Below are positions 1 to 12,774 of a stretch of 64,000 bases of DNA, one piece after another. Where the stretch lies: assembly GCA_026770705.1 (NCBI GenBank), contig JANJGN010000189.1:496001-560000 (forward strand). The letters are read 5' to 3'. The notes under the pieces are model-generated. The model was not told the origin of the DNA. It saw only the letters and a program-made list of their open reading frames with translations, and ran no database searches. Source of the stretch: Isurus oxyrinchus (Eukaryota). Position numbers and translations under genes: made by a program. Each line of letters opens with the position of its first letter. The stretch's first letter is position 1.

Positions 1-48
1 AAGCATAAATCATACCAAGAGAAATAATTGAGACATTCTGTGGAGCAT
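1..48 (-). CDS. Siglec A: 5' part of a C2-set Ig exon (DAPQNVSIISLGMIYA...), continues beyond the window
   Basis: AG acceptor at 49-50 (minus). The translation matches the DAPQNLS...MINASS start of the 282-nt C2 exons at 53657-56070, and the flanking intron is homologous too. Confidence 0.8.
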
Positions 49-724
49 CTAAAAACATATAAAGATTTTAATGTGAGCAAATATAGTGCACAGCAAGACT
101 CCATGCATCATGTCTCTGTATCTGATGTCTGAATGCATTTCCAGATACCTTCTCTCAGGATAAGAACTTATTTCACATTTACAATGGGCACTGCCTATGT
201 AAACTGTCACACTGCAGTTACATTCTCCCACCAGTGGAGGTGTCCATCTAGAATGCAGGAAACTCCCTTTCAGATCCTCAGGATGTCCCCAAGGGCTTCA
301 AAGGCAATGAATTGTATTTGACCAATGGCGCACTGAGGGGTAAATCTACAATTCACTGTTCAGGAGGTTGCTCCAGCCAGTTCAGTGTCTTGATGATCGG
401 GAGTTTACCTTTCATCAACAAAGATTCGGAGCTGATACTGAGACTCCAGTGCAGCACTGGGAGAGGAGAGGGAACCCACATGTTTTTGTGTGTGTATGTG
501 TGTGTTGGCTTGTGTGTGTATGTTTCTGTAAAATAAGGATCTGTGTGTGTGCACGCACTCATGTGTGTTTGTTTGTGTGNNNNNNNNNNNNNNNNNNNNN
601 NNNNNNNNNNNNNNNNNNNNNNNNNNNNNNNNNNNNNNNNNNNNNNNNNNNNNNNNNNNNNNNNNNNNNNNNNNNNNNNNNNNNNNNNNNNNNNNNNNNN
701 NNNNNNNNNNNNNNNNNNNNNNAC

Positions 725-817
725 ATTCCACAGTGATGGTTATGAACCCCTCAATTATATTGATCGATGAAGCATTAATCATATCAAGCGAAGTAAATGA
801 GAGATTCTGTGGTGCAT
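725..817 (-). CDS. Siglec A: internally deleted C2 exon, 93 nt, in frame (DAPQNLSFTSLDMINASSINIIEG/FITITVE)
   Basis: Acceptor at 818-819 and donor GT at 723-724 are intact. It lacks 189 nt (63 codons, both Ig cysteines) relative to the 282-nt paralogous exons. Confidence 0.75.
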
Positions 818-1069
818 CTAAGAACAATTAAAGATTTCATTGTGAACAAGACTCAGTACTGAGGGAGTGCTGCACTGTCAGAGGATCAGTACTGAGGGAG
901 TGCTGCAGTGTTGGAGAGTCAGTGTTCAGGGACTGCTGCAGTGTCAGAGGTGAATTTGTATCAGTTAAAGACTATTGATTTGTTGCTAAACACAATGCAG
1001 TTGTGGGATCTTGCAATATACTATGTAGAGCTTTCTAGCTAATGTAGATGGAAGGGTGTCCGTTCTTAC

Positions 1070-1366
1070 CTTGCACAGTTAGTACGAGGGTCCGCTCCGA
1101 TGAAACAGATGCATATCTCACTCTGCAGCTGAGAGTGTGTCCGTGGTGTTTGAGTGATGGGATCAGGGTCAGAACAGAAGTATAGGTCAGAGTGACACCA
1201 TGCTGAGTTACAGTGTTTGAGACTGATCCACGTACGTCAGTGGGAGTGTCCCAGGTTAAGACAGGTGCTGCTGTTCCATTGCACGTTGTGTTGAAGGTGC
1301 AGCTTACATCCACACGCTTTCCTGCAATAATTTCAGCAGGGAATATCGTGGGTTTATCTGTGAAAT
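1070..1366 (-). CDS. Siglec A: first C2-set Ig exon (DFTDKPTIFPAEIIAGKRVDVSCTFNTTCNGTAAPVLTW...LSCRVRY...LTVQ)
   Basis: 297-nt phase 1-1 exon with TTAG acceptor and GTAAG donor. It has the Ig C-W-C pattern plus the extra Cys that forms the Siglec V-C2 interdomain disulfide. Confidence 0.9.
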
Positions 1367-1609
1367 CTAACAGACAGAGAATGGATCCTTTTAGAGAAAT
1401 ATAACGTGAAGCATCAGTTCAAATAGAAATCACAGTCCCACAAGAGAAAGCACTTTTACAAGGATGATATCAGAACTGAGAGGTTACAATGATCAGGAAA
1501 GATTTTCTTGCTCTTTGGCAGTAGTGTTTCTGTCTCTCAGCTAAATACACGTTCACTCCGAGACATGTGAATTGAGAACACTGGATGAGAGAAGAGGCTC
1601 AGACCAGAG

Positions 1610-1750
1610 ATTGGAGTTAAAAGCAGAATACTGTGGATGCTGGAAATCTGAAACAAAAACAAAAATTGCTGGAAAGACTCAGCAGGTCTGACAGTATCAG
1701 TGGAGAGGAAGACAGGGTTAACGTTTCGAGTCCGTATGACTCTTCATCAG
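1610..1750. mobile_element. Short Penelope-like-element-derived repeat with a minimal hammerhead-like motif, inserted in the Siglec A V-C2 intron
   Basis: Flanked by a duplicated cagaccagag..ttgagtt target that is single-copy in the paralogous B intron (~22740). The minus strand reads CTGATGAA-GAGTC-ATACG-GACTC-GAAACGTTA. Related copies are at ~26460, 33490 and 63215. Confidence 0.55.
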
Positions 1751-2224
1751 ACCAGAGGTTTGAGTTCACTGGCTTCTCATTTCCTCAGTGATCTGGGTGA
1801 TTTATTACATTGTGGTTTGTTGAATCTTGCTGTGCACAAACTGCCTGCTGTGTTTAACATCTGTGACTACAATTCAGGAATAATTTCGTTGGCTGTGAAG
1901 GGATTTGGATCCTCCTGAGGTGGTAAATTGCGCTGCAGAAATGCACATCTTTCTTTTATCGATACGTCAGACTTTTAAACAGGACAGGAGAGATTGATGG
2001 GAGTGGTAACCTGATAATACAGTTAATGCTTTTCATCATTGATATTAAAGTGAGTATTAGAGGTTGCTTTAGGACTGAACTGGAATCTATCACCAGGTTA
2101 TTGAGAATCAGACAGTGTGTTATAATAAGCTGTGTTTTGTGTTAAAATGTAAACGTCACAGTTTGTGTTATTTCCCATTGAGTGTTGAATGTGAATTGTT
2201 GAGTAATTATAACACAGCACTTAC

Positions 2225-2590
2225 CAGACACGTGAAGCTGGGTTACAGGGTAATAGTTATGGCTCGGACCATTGTCAAATTCTATTCTGAAAAAATAAGG
2301 TCCTGCATCTTCCCGTCTGATGTTGTTTATAATCAGGGAACAGTCGCCATCTTTCAGGTCTCCAGACAGCCGGGTCCGATGGTGGAACCGTGGTAACTCG
2401 TGACTGTGATCCTTGGAGTGAAAGGCTATAGACGATGTTCTCCATTCCTCATTATTAAACCAGATTCCAACTCGTGGTTGGTTTTCCAAATGTGATGGAT
2501 AACTGTAATGACATGGAATCTGTACACACGAACTTTCCTGCGCTGTCACCTCTCGTGGAGTGTCACCTTTCCACTCTTGTGACATTCCAA
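2225..2590 (-). CDS. Siglec A: V-set sialic-acid-binding exon
   Basis: 366-nt phase 1-1 exon with Siglec hallmarks: CVQIPC, G.W, DCSL (B-E disulfide) and EDAGPYFFR carrying the essential F-strand Arg. Confidence 0.92.
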
Positions 2591-3954
2591 CTGGGGAGAG
2601 AAATATCAATATTTAACTCTGGATGGTTTGTAGATCCAATAGACTCGATATCCACCCCCTCCATCACTGGGGCACAGTGGCTGCAGTGCGGACCATCTAC
2701 AGGACACACAAGGAAATCCCCAAGGTTTCACAATGGATGGAAGAGAATCCTGGACACAGGAGTGGACAAGTTCATTCTATATTGGCTCATGGTCCTCAGG
2801 ACCCTGTTTAGCTTTTTTTCAAATTATTCATTCATGGGATTTATTACCCATCCCATCTCCATCAGAGGCATTTAAGAGTCAACCACATTGCTGAGGGTTT
2901 GGAGTGACATGTAGGCCAGACTGGGTAAGAGTGTCAGACCTCCTTCCCTATAGGTGATCAGTGAACCAGGCTTTTTAATCCCATTCATCTGCTGTGATGG
3001 GATTTACACCCAGGGCCCCAGTGCATCACCCTGGGCCTCTGGAATACTAGCCCAGTGACAATACCTCTCTGCTACCGCTTCCCCTTAGTGAAACCAGTCT
3101 TCCACCCAACACAGTGTCTACAAGACACACCAACTGAGATCCATTCAGTGCTGATTTACAAGACAGGACAATGGATTAGGAGCCCTCAGAACTCCCCCCA
3201 TTATCACCGTCATGAATCACTAATTAGCCTAACATTCCTGTCTGCTCTTCAACACAGCTGATTGGCTAATCTGATTCAATCTGATTGGTGTTCATTCCCT
3301 CTTCAATGTTTAAGGAATCACCAATCACTCGGCCTCTAGTTATTCTCCTGCCTACAAGAGGGAACATTCTCTGTCTACCCAGTCAATCAAAACCTTTCAT
3401 CTAATCCTAGTGGTGCTTGAGTATATAGTCAAGAATCCAGGGCCATGGAGCCTCAGGAGAAGAGATGGAAACCCTGTGAGGTGGAACGTCACTGAGGCCA
3501 TCCGAGTTGAAGCGACTTTTGGAGAGAATTCCAAGGCAAGATCTTCGAAGTTGAAGACTGGAATCCCTCATGAGAGAAACAGAGTTTCAGTGAGATTGGT
3601 TGACTGACAGTGTTCACTGATGTCCGGGTGGGTTGTTGTGAAATCCATGGGATCTGTCTTGGTCGCGTTTACAATTTAATGAGTAATGTGGCTGTGAGAC
3701 CACAGTTTGCCTGTTAATTCACATGAGCTCATATTAATCCAGAATGTTAGGGTATAAGGTGGATATTGTGAATTATTTTATCTTTCTGAGCTGGTGCAGT
3801 AAAGTTTATTTTTTTTTTTGTTTAAAAGCCATGGAATCTTGTAGCTTTATTCACTTTGCAGGCGTCTTAAATCTCAAACCTCGTCTACTTGAAACAAAAT
3901 ATTATTGGTTCCTAACTGTAAATTATCAAAAAAAATTGGGTGCCTGTTCCTCCA

Positions 3955-5207
3955 TCAGCAACTCTTCAGAATCCTGCTGAAGTCACGGATATTTCAGAAG
4001 GACAGGGAACAAGAGGTTTCTGGTATCAGCGTTTTGTGTGGGGCCCAGTTCAGTTTGAACAAATAAACAACACCATCTTTGAAAGTCATGAACCCACCAC
4101 AGCGGCACCTCCGACACATGCAGAGCTCAGGCGAGAGGCGCTTTGTTAGTGTGTTTCACAGTGTCTGCTGGAGTAGGGTCAGTGCTGAGAGGGTCTGCTC
4201 AAGGATCATAACAACCTGCACTTGCACCTTCCAAGTAATAAGATTTTGTAAATGTATTCATTCATGGGATGTGGGCGTCGCTGCCAAGGCCAGCATTTGC
4301 TGCCCATCTCTAATGTCCCGTGACATAATCTCTGTAGCAGAGTAGAGACAATCATGATCACTCAGGATATTTGACATCTATCCACATGAACAGCTTAGGC
4401 TTCCTTCTCTCTTTCAGTTATCTTACTCCCTTATTGAAGTTTCTAGCATGGTGAGAACTGGATGGTTTGCTCGGACATTTCAGAGGAACCACGTTGCTAT
4501 GAGTCTGGAGTCACATGTAGGCCAGACCAGATATAGACGGCAGATTTCCTTCCCTAAAGGCCATTAGTGAACCAGATGGGTGTGTATGACAATCGATGAT
4601 AGTTTCATGGTCTCCATTACTGAGACTAACTCCCATTAGTGTAAACAGAGTGAACAGTTTTCCATTGATCCCACCTTTCCCGTTCTCTCCGGTATTTTAC
4701 ACACTATTGCTCGATAATTTGATTCTGCCAAGGACCCCTTGGAAAATCATGGACCCCAGTTAGACAACCAATGGAATAAGGAATCTCTTTGGATTCTCAT
4801 TGTCTAAGGAATCTCTTTGGATCCTCATTGTCTAAGGAATCTCTTTGGATCCTCATTGTCTAAGGAATCTCTTTGGATCCTCATTGTCTAATGGATTATT
4901 TCTGATCCAAACCCCATATTGTTGTATTGTTGATTCCGATGCAGCATTGTAGACTGACTTGTCCCCAAGCTCAGCACTGACCCTACTCCAGCAGACACTG
5001 TGAAACACACTAACAAAGCGCCTCTAGCCTGAGCTCTGCATGTGTCGGAGGTGCCGCTGTGGTGGTTTCATGACTTTCAAAGATGCTGTTGTCATTTTTT
5101 TTGTTCAAACTGAACTGGGCCCCACATGAAATGCTGATACCAGAAACCTCTTCTTCCCTGTCCTTCTGAAACATCTGTGATTCAGCAGGATTCTGAAGAT
5201 TTGCTGA
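3955..5207. repeat. Inverted repeat, ~235-bp arms (3955-4189 / 4970-5207), in the Siglec A leader-V intron
   Basis: The arms are reverse complements; ORFs 3940+ and 5010- both end ESHE.TTAAPPTHAELR.EALC. Confidence 0.85.
4777..4889. repeat. 28-bp tandem repeat x4 (aaggaatctctttggatcctcattgtct)
   Basis: Read directly from the sequence. Confidence 0.9.
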
Positions 5208-6080
5208 CAAGGTTCTTAAATTGTCTGATTGTTGAATGATATAACACAGGAGGAGCTTGTTTGATCCATTGTGCATGTGCTGACTCTTTCCCAATTCCTC
5301 TCCAGCACCTTTCACACATCCCTGCAAATTTCCCTTCAAGTATTTATCCAGTTCCCCTTCTGAAAGTTCCTGTTGAATCTGCTTCCACCGCCCTTTCAGG
5401 CAGTGAGTCAATGGTCTCTCTCTGAGCTGCAAAGTGCTCAGATTCTGTGAAATTTAAACTCTGCAGCAGATCAGAAACAATTATGATAACTCAGAATATT
5501 TGACAGTTTTACACCCAGACAGCTTTGCCTTCCTTCTCTCTTTCAGTTATCTTGCTCCCTTATTGAAGTATCTAGCAAGGTGAGAATGGACAGGAAGTGT
5601 GACACTGAACAGCCTGTCTATTCTAGGAGCTGCTGTGTTGTCTTCATGGGAAATTCTGTCTAAAATCTGCAAAAGGCACACATTTCAGGTTATTGCTTTC
5701 AGAGTCCAAGCATCGGGATAGACTTCATCTCCCAGTGTTTATTCCTAATTTACTGCTCAACTCATCACTCCCCATGACTCACTGACCAGCATCCGACATC
5801 ACCTGAAGATTAAGATTCTGATCTAGCTGCTACAATCCTGCCTAACCCTCTAACCTCCTCCAGCCCCTACAACCATCCAGGACTTCTTCTATCCTCCAAT
5901 TCTGCTGTCAGACAGGGAGTCAGTGTATATCAGTGAGCACAGGGGTGATGGGTGAATGGGACTTGGTGTGAGTTTGTACACTGTCTCACTGCAGAATCAC
6001 TGCCCAATCAGAGCGCAATAAAAATGATCTTTTACAAAGACAATTAACCATAAATCTGTCCGAGCTGACGATGATATTAC

Positions 6081-6120
6081 CTTGGAGAAATGACAGGAGA
6101 AAGTAAGATTTCCCGATCAT
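6081..6120 (-). CDS. Siglec A: signal-peptide exon coding part (MIGKSYFLLSFLQ-G); full exon 6081-6160
   Basis: Polypyrimidine TTTCACAG acceptor at 6161-6162, ATG at 6120, phase-1 GTAATA donor that joins the V exon in frame. Confidence 0.85.
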
Positions 6121-6570
6121 TGTCCACTCGCAGATGTTCCATTAGCTTCTCACTCTCAAGCTGTGAAAGAGAAAGGAGTTAATAAGACCTCACCTCTTGT
6201 CTGACAGCTGTCGAGAGATCTGAACTTCTTTTAGACAATGTCATCACAGACTAATTTGATACTCTGCGGGATGATAGGTGCTCTGCAGAGAGTTACTAGG
6301 CTTTAAGAAAGAAAAACAATGAAGGACTTGCATTTCTATAGCACCTTTCACCTGCTCAGGACATCCCAAATCTCATGTCTCTGCACTTGTCTCATCCCTT
6401 GAGCTAGAAAGATGTTCTGTACAACAGACTTGAGCCCCACACCCAGATCTCAATAATCAGTAGAAATCTTTCAAAGGCATCAATCATTGGAATCTGTCTT
6501 TATAAAGTCACAACATCAACAAAGGACGGTGTTGATTGTGGAAGTGAATTCTAATCGTTCCGTTACTTAC

Positions 6571-6712
6571 CCAGGACCTGTCCGACTGCTCGCCTGGGGA
6601 GGAACTGCCCACACGTTCTGTTTGGGCTGAATGACCTCTTCCTGTGCTGATCTATCTGTGTATTTAATTAGAAAGAGCTGATGTGTCACTGTGAGTCAAA
6701 ATGAGGAAGTTG
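6571..6712 (-). promoter_or_regulatory. Siglec A: putative non-coding exon 1 and TATA-less promoter with PU.1/ETS and AP-1 motifs
   Basis: GG/GTAAGT donor at 6569-6570; AAAATGAGGAAGT at 6698-6710; TGAGTCA at 6692-6698; CAGGAAG at ~6640. The block is conserved in B. Confidence 0.55.
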
Positions 6713-6959
6713 GAGCAAACTGAGAGAAGAGCACTTTGCTGTGCACTGTCAGTAAACCCTGTGTCTGTATAAGAATATAAGAACAGAACAAGTAGGATCA
6801 GCTGGACACCCTGGCATTTTCATTCCTTATATTCCATCCACTCTTTTTTTTATCCACTCACTGAAACTATTTATCTCGCTCTACAGCCTCTTTGTGTCCT
6901 CCTCACAACTTGCTTTCCTGCTCAGTTTATATATTTCCTACCTATCTTAACCACACAGT

Positions 6960-9690
6960 CAGAAAATCTGCCTACAGTACAGTCAGTCCCTTCATCCAAG
7001 TCACTAATGTAGATTGTGAATAGTTGAGGCCTCAGCACTGATCCCTGTGGCTATCCACAAGTTACAGTTTACCAAGCTGAAAATCACCCATTTATCCTGG
7101 CTCTCTGTTTCCTGTCAGTTAGCCAGTCCTCTATCCATATTAATATATCACCCCCAACACCATCCAATTTCACCCTGTGCAGTATCCTTTGATGTGGCAC
7201 CTTATCGAATGCCTTTCGGAAATGCAATGTCATGAAGAGATATTTGTGTGTAAAATGTGCTTGGAAATTATATTTTAAAATAGAATTCTAGTGGTGGTCC
7301 ATGTATAGGTGTGTGTCTGTGTGTGTCTTAATTGGATTAAAGCCAGCTGGTCTGTGTGTTTTGATGTTTAGTAGTTTTGAGATGTTAATTGGGTGAATTG
7401 TGAGGAGAACAGTAAAGTGTTCATTTGCAATTGTTGAATAAACCATTCCAGACAGGGGGTAAAATCTTGCACCTAGTTAGAAGGATCCAAAAGATGTGTT
7501 TTTTCTTGAACTTACTAATGAAATTGGTGCTATGAAAGGGGGTTTTATTGTTAGAAGAGGTGGAGTTCAGAAGACCGAGTGATACAATGGAAAATTTACA
7601 TTCAAAGGGAAAGCTAGCTATATAAAGGAAGGAGTTTGTGTGTGTGAGGCAGGAGTATTTCAGACCGAACCAGCCTGTAGCCTCCAACCAACTTGCAAAG
7701 GAACCTCATTCAGAATTCCTATGTCAAATGTGCTTTGCCTGGTGTCTCCATAATGCCTATGGGTGACTATTGCCATAGTAGAGATTTATCTGAGAGTTTT
7801 TCATTTGGGGATTTGTTAAAAAGTTATTGTAGTCATAATTTATAGCTGTGCATATGTGTTAAATTTGTTTTAATAATTATTTTTTTTTATTTTGAAAAAC
7901 CCCCACAAGACTCCGTGGTCTTATTCCTACTGAATTCAGAGTCTTCATCTCGAAATTACAAATTGCAAAATTGGGTTATGACAGTTGTTTCAATTTTCCC
8001 TCTGGGATTTGAACAACTCAGCCTTTACCCTTGGCTGTGTCCTAGTCCCTAATACACCACATCTACAGGTTCCCCTTTATCCAATCCACTTGTTACATCC
8101 TCGAGGAAATCTAATTATTTTTTCAAACATGATATCCCTTTCACAAACCCATGTTGACTCTGTCTGATTGAATTATGGTTTTCTAAATGTCCTGCTGCTC
8201 CCTCCTTCATAATGAATTCTGGTATTTTCCCAATGACCAATATTAGACTAACTGACCTGTAGTTTCTTGCTTTCTGCCTCCTCCCTTTATTGAACAGAGA
8301 TATTTTATTTATGTTTTTCCAATCCACTGGGACCTTCCCATAATCTAAGGAATTCTGGAAGATTACAACCAATGCATCCACCGTCTCTGCAGCCATTTCC
8401 TTTCAGACCCTCACATTCAGGCCGTCTGCTCCATGGGACTTGTCAGCATCTGTCTCATTAGTTTTCTTAATACTTTTTCTCTGGTGATAGTGATTGTTTT
8501 ATGTTCCTCCCTCCTTGTTGCACCGTGACTTTCTCCTGCTATTGGGATGGTTTTAGAGATTTTTACTGTGAAGACAGACACAAAATTCTTGTTGAAAGTC
8601 TCTGTCATTTCCTTGTTTCCCATTATTAATTCCCCAGTCTGATTTTCTCTGTGTCCCATTATTACTGTAGCTTCTCTCTTATTTTAATGTACAACATCTC
8701 ACTGTCATTGTTTATGGTTCTTGCTAGTTTACTCTCATATCATCATTTCTGCCTCCTTATATTTCTCCCCTCACTTTTCTGGTTTCTCAAATATTCCCAA
8801 TCTCCAGCCTATCACTAAGCATCCCAACATTGCCGGCTTTATCTCACAATTGGATACCGTCCTTAGCTTCCTGAGTTAGCCACCGATGCTCCATCCTTCT
8901 TATAGATTCTTTCTTTCTAACTGGAATATATCTTCATTGGCATTTATGAAAGATTTCTTTAGATGCCTGTTACTCCTCATCTACCACCCCCCCGCCCCCT
9001 TTAACCTGCTGTCCCACTCTACTTGGGCTGACTCTGCTTTTAACCCTTGTATTTGCCTTTAGTTAAGTTTATGACACTAGTTTCAGACCCAAGTTTCTAA
9101 ACTGAATTTTAAATTTCAACACCGTATGATTACTCTTCCCTTGAGGGTCCTTTACAATGAGATGTTAATTAGTCTTGTCTCATTAAACATTGCCAGGACT
9201 AAAACAGCCTCTTCCCTGGTTGGTTCCATGTTGGATTGTTCTAAAATACTGTCCTGAATACAATCTGTATAACCTCGCTGAAAGCTACATTTGCTAATCT
9301 GATTTGGCTAATCCATATGACGATTGAAAACTCCCATGATTAATGTGGTGCCTTTCTCATAAACTTCCTCATGTATTGATTTATAATCTACCCCTGCAGT
9401 GTAACTACATTCAGGGGGGAGTATAAACCAACCCACCAGTGATTTCTTTCCCTTGCAATTCCTTATGTTCACCCAAACTGACTGTGCATCTTGACATCTG
9501 AGCCAAAATCATTTCTCACTACTTTACAGGTCTCATCTTTTATTAAGAGAGCTACCCCACCTCCTTTTCATTTTTCCTATCCTTTCAAAGATTCCAAATA
9601 TCCTTCAATTTTCAATTTCCAACCTTGGTCACTTTGCAACCAACTCTCTGCAGTGTCCATCTTATCGTACCCATTAATCTCTATTTGTGC
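6960..9690 (-). mobile_element. Degenerate CR1-clade LINE (ORF2 fragments), interrupted by a solo-LTR-like element
   Basis: ORF 8115-8396 reads VIFQNSLDYGKVPVDWK...NYRSVSL, a typical CR1 pre-RT motif, with many stops and frameshifts. Confidence 0.85.
7228..8050 (+). mobile_element. Solo-LTR-like element; second copy at 11667-12425
   Basis: Starts TGTCATG and splits the CR1. It is homologous along its length to 11667-12425, which ends ...CATAACA. Confidence 0.6.
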
Positions 9691-10862
9691 TATAACTTCA
9701 TTCATTTGTTCCAACTTTATATTTTATATATTCATTCTTCCATGGGAAGTGGGCATCACTGGCTAGGCCAGCATTTATGGCCCATCCCTAATTACCTTGA
9801 GAAGGTGGTGGTGAGCTGCCTCCTGAACCTCTGCACTCCATGTGGTGTAGGTACACCCACAATGCAGTTAGAGAAGGAAGTCCAAGATTTTGACCCTAGT
9901 GGCAGTGAAGGGACGGCGATATATTTCAAAATCAGGATGATGTGTGGCTTGGAGGCGAACTTCCAGGTGGTGGTGTCTGGGCATTTCAATCCCTTGTGAC
10001 AATAAATGTAATATTATAGAAAATGCAAAGGCTTCTTGTAATCTATCACAGAATAAACAAGTTGCAGAATTCAGAAAGCACTTTCTGAAATGTCAACAAA
10101 GTTCAGTGACATCACATTTCTGCTAATTACTATTCGGCCATGTTGGCTGCACGCAGTCAGGCAGTCCCTCGGTTGTGATGTGTCCACACAGCAGTACTGG
10201 GATGCATCAGCATCAAAGGACATGCTTAGTTGTTGCCGTGCAATGCATTTATTGCGAGGCTGTTGCACACACGCCCTGTCGATGGACCCTCCGAATTACC
10301 ATTCTGAATCGAGGCAAATCAACTTTCCTGCAACAACTTGCATTTATATGGCACACTTAATGTAACAAACTGTCCCAAATCTCTTCAGGGGATTGTTACC
10401 TACATATAAATCCATCTCTGAGACACATAATGAGGTATTAGGGACAGGTGACAAAAAGCTGATTTCACAAAGCCAGTTAATNNNNNNNNNNNNNNNNNNN
10501 NNNNNNNNNNNNNNNNNNNNNNNNNNNNNNNNNNNNNNNNNNNNNNNNNNNNNNNNNNNNNNNNNNNNNNNNNNNNNNNNNNNNNNNNNNNNNNNNNNNN
10601 NNNNNNNNNNNNNNNNNNNNNNNNNNNNNNNNNNNNNNNNNNNNNNNNNNNNNNNNNNNNNNNACTGAATCTCTGTCCCCAATGACTCAGCATCAAGTCG
10701 TCACTGGGGAAACATTTCATTCCAAACCACACCAACCACAGACCCATTCAGTCCCTTCCTCCCTCTCTCCCCCTCTCCCCCAGTGGGTTGTCTCATGTTC
10801 CCAAGAATCTTCATCCCTGCCACCATCCACAAACCTCCTGACCCCCTCTGCCTTTTTCACAC

Positions 10863-11111
10863 TCAGTTTCTCTTGAATCTGATCTGTGCGTATTCCGTCT
10901 GCTCTTCCCTGTGGACAGACCCATCACCACTGGGCACCCTGAAGACTTGGGGATTGGCGTAGAGAAGCTCGTCGGGATTGTCAGGGTTCCCATGTCCAGC
11001 ATCGCCTCCCACTGCACATTCAGAGACACCCCGGGGAGCTGGGGTCTCCCCCTCGCTAGTTGTGTCTCTGGTTGTGTTCCGGGGCTCAGTAATCAGCACG
11101 TTCTGTTTACC
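10863..11111 (-). pseudogene. Orphan Siglec terminal cytoplasmic exon O1 (LLYANP; ITSM TEYAQI)
   Basis: 249-nt open exon with intact TGTAG acceptor, homologous to 50505-50741. No TM exon lies upstream in its unit. Confidence 0.7.
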
Positions 11112-11256
11112 CTACAGAGAAATGGAAACAGAAGGCATCCTCACATCATTTACTGGCACTGATAGGGTTAAAATATTCTGCAGCCTCGTTAGTGTCAGTC
11201 GTGGGTCAGTGGGTTTAACCCTCTCTCACATGTCTTATGAAAGAAAACACCTATGG

Positions 11257-11540
11257 CAGTGCAGTGCTCCCTCAGTACTGACCCTTCGATAGTGCAGCAC
11301 TTCCTCAATGCTGACCATCCAACAGTGCAGCACTCCCTCAGTACTGACCCTCCGACAGTGCAGCGCTCCCTCAGTACTGACCCTCCAGCAGTGCAGCGCT
11401 CCCTCAGTACTGACCCTCCGACAGTACAGGTCTTCCTCAGTACTGACCCTCTGACAGTGCAGCACTCCCTCAGTACTGACCCTCTGACAGTGCAGCACTC
11501 CCTCAGTACTGACCCTCTGTCAGTCTCGCACTCCCTCGGT
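11257..11540. repeat. 33-bp minisatellite (cagtgcagcactccctcagtactgaccctc[c/t]ga)
   Basis: Direct tandem units; they generate the 11-aa TVQHSLSTDPL pseudo-ORFs. Confidence 0.9.
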
Positions 11541-11666
11541 AATGGCTCTGGCAAGTGTCGGCTTGGATTCTGCACTCAGGTGCCTGGTGTGAGGCTCAAT
11601 AAAATGAATCTTGTAATCAGAGAGAGGATGAGAGAGAGAGAGAGAGATGAAGGGTCAGAGACTGAG

Positions 11667-12425
11667 CGTTATGAATCTATTAATGTATGTATTGTAATTG
11701 GAAATTGTCTTTTTAAACAGAGGTTTAGTCTGTGGGTGTGTGTGTGTGTGTTTTAATTGGATTAAAGCCAGCCGGTCTGGGTACTTTGATGTACAGTAGT
11801 TTTGAGATGTAAACAAAGAGGTAAAGAGGCATATTGCATTTTTAAAAGGAGGATTCAAAGCCTGGGAGTGAATTCTTAAACCAATCAATGTTTATATTAC
11901 TAATAAAATTGATACTATGAAACGGGAATTATAGTTAGAAGAGATGGAGATCAAAGGTCCTGATGATACAATGAGAATTTACATTCAAAGAGAAGAGCTG
12001 GGTATAACTTGAGCAGTTTTGTGTGTGCAGAGCAGAGGCTTGTAACATCAAAGCAGCTGTAAGCCTGCACCTGTCTGCAAAGGAACCAAAGTGAAAGGAA
12101 CCTCATTTGGAATTTGTGAGGTGAAAATGCTTCGCTTGGAATCTGCTTAAAGTCTATGGGTTGTCTTAGAGGACTTTAGTTTGGGAATTTGTTAAAAAGT
12201 TATGATAGTACTAGCTTGTAGCCATGTGCATATGATTAACTTGTGAAAATTAATAAATGTCTCATGTAGTTTGATATAACACCCATCTCAAGAACTGATG
12301 GTCTTATTCCTGAATTTAAAGCTGCATCTCAAACATTCCACTGGGAAATATAGGTTATGACAGTTGTTTAAAGTTTCCCTCTGGGATTTTAAACAACAGC
12401 CTTTACCAGTTGCTGTGTCATAACA
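11667..12425 (+). mobile_element. Solo-LTR-like element
   Basis: Ends (C/T)GTTATG ... CATAACA, homologous to 7228-8050, and absent from the homologous Siglec C intron (~51650). Confidence 0.6.
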
Positions 12426-12560
12426 GAGAGACAGCATGATACTGAACCATTGCTGACTCCACAGGTACAAATCAGTGGGTAACTGGGCTGGGAATCTGGG
12501 ACATGTGTTGTCTACACACTGAGATTGAAGCTTTGGAGTGAGTGTAAACAGCTCCTGTAC

Positions 12561-12642
12561 CTGGTGCTTCACAGAGAGTGGACTGGGGGTCAATGCAATG
12601 TCACTGGTCCCTGAAACTCTCTCCTCCATCGCTGTCTTTCTC
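12561..12642 (-). pseudogene. Orphan Siglec juxtamembrane cytoplasmic exon (RKTAMEERVSGTSDIALTPSPLSVKHQ)
   Basis: 82 nt with intact splice sites, near-identical to 51790-51871. Upstream homology is cut at ~12750 by a CR1 fragment. Confidence 0.7.
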
Positions 12643-12774
12643 CTGCAATAACACAATATCACACTGTGGTTATCATATAGCAGAGAGTCAGTGTAGCACA
12701 GACACAGAGCCCACTGTAATCTTAGACCAACGACTGGGACTGTCTCTTTAAATCAGTTCTATACAAAGCACAGA

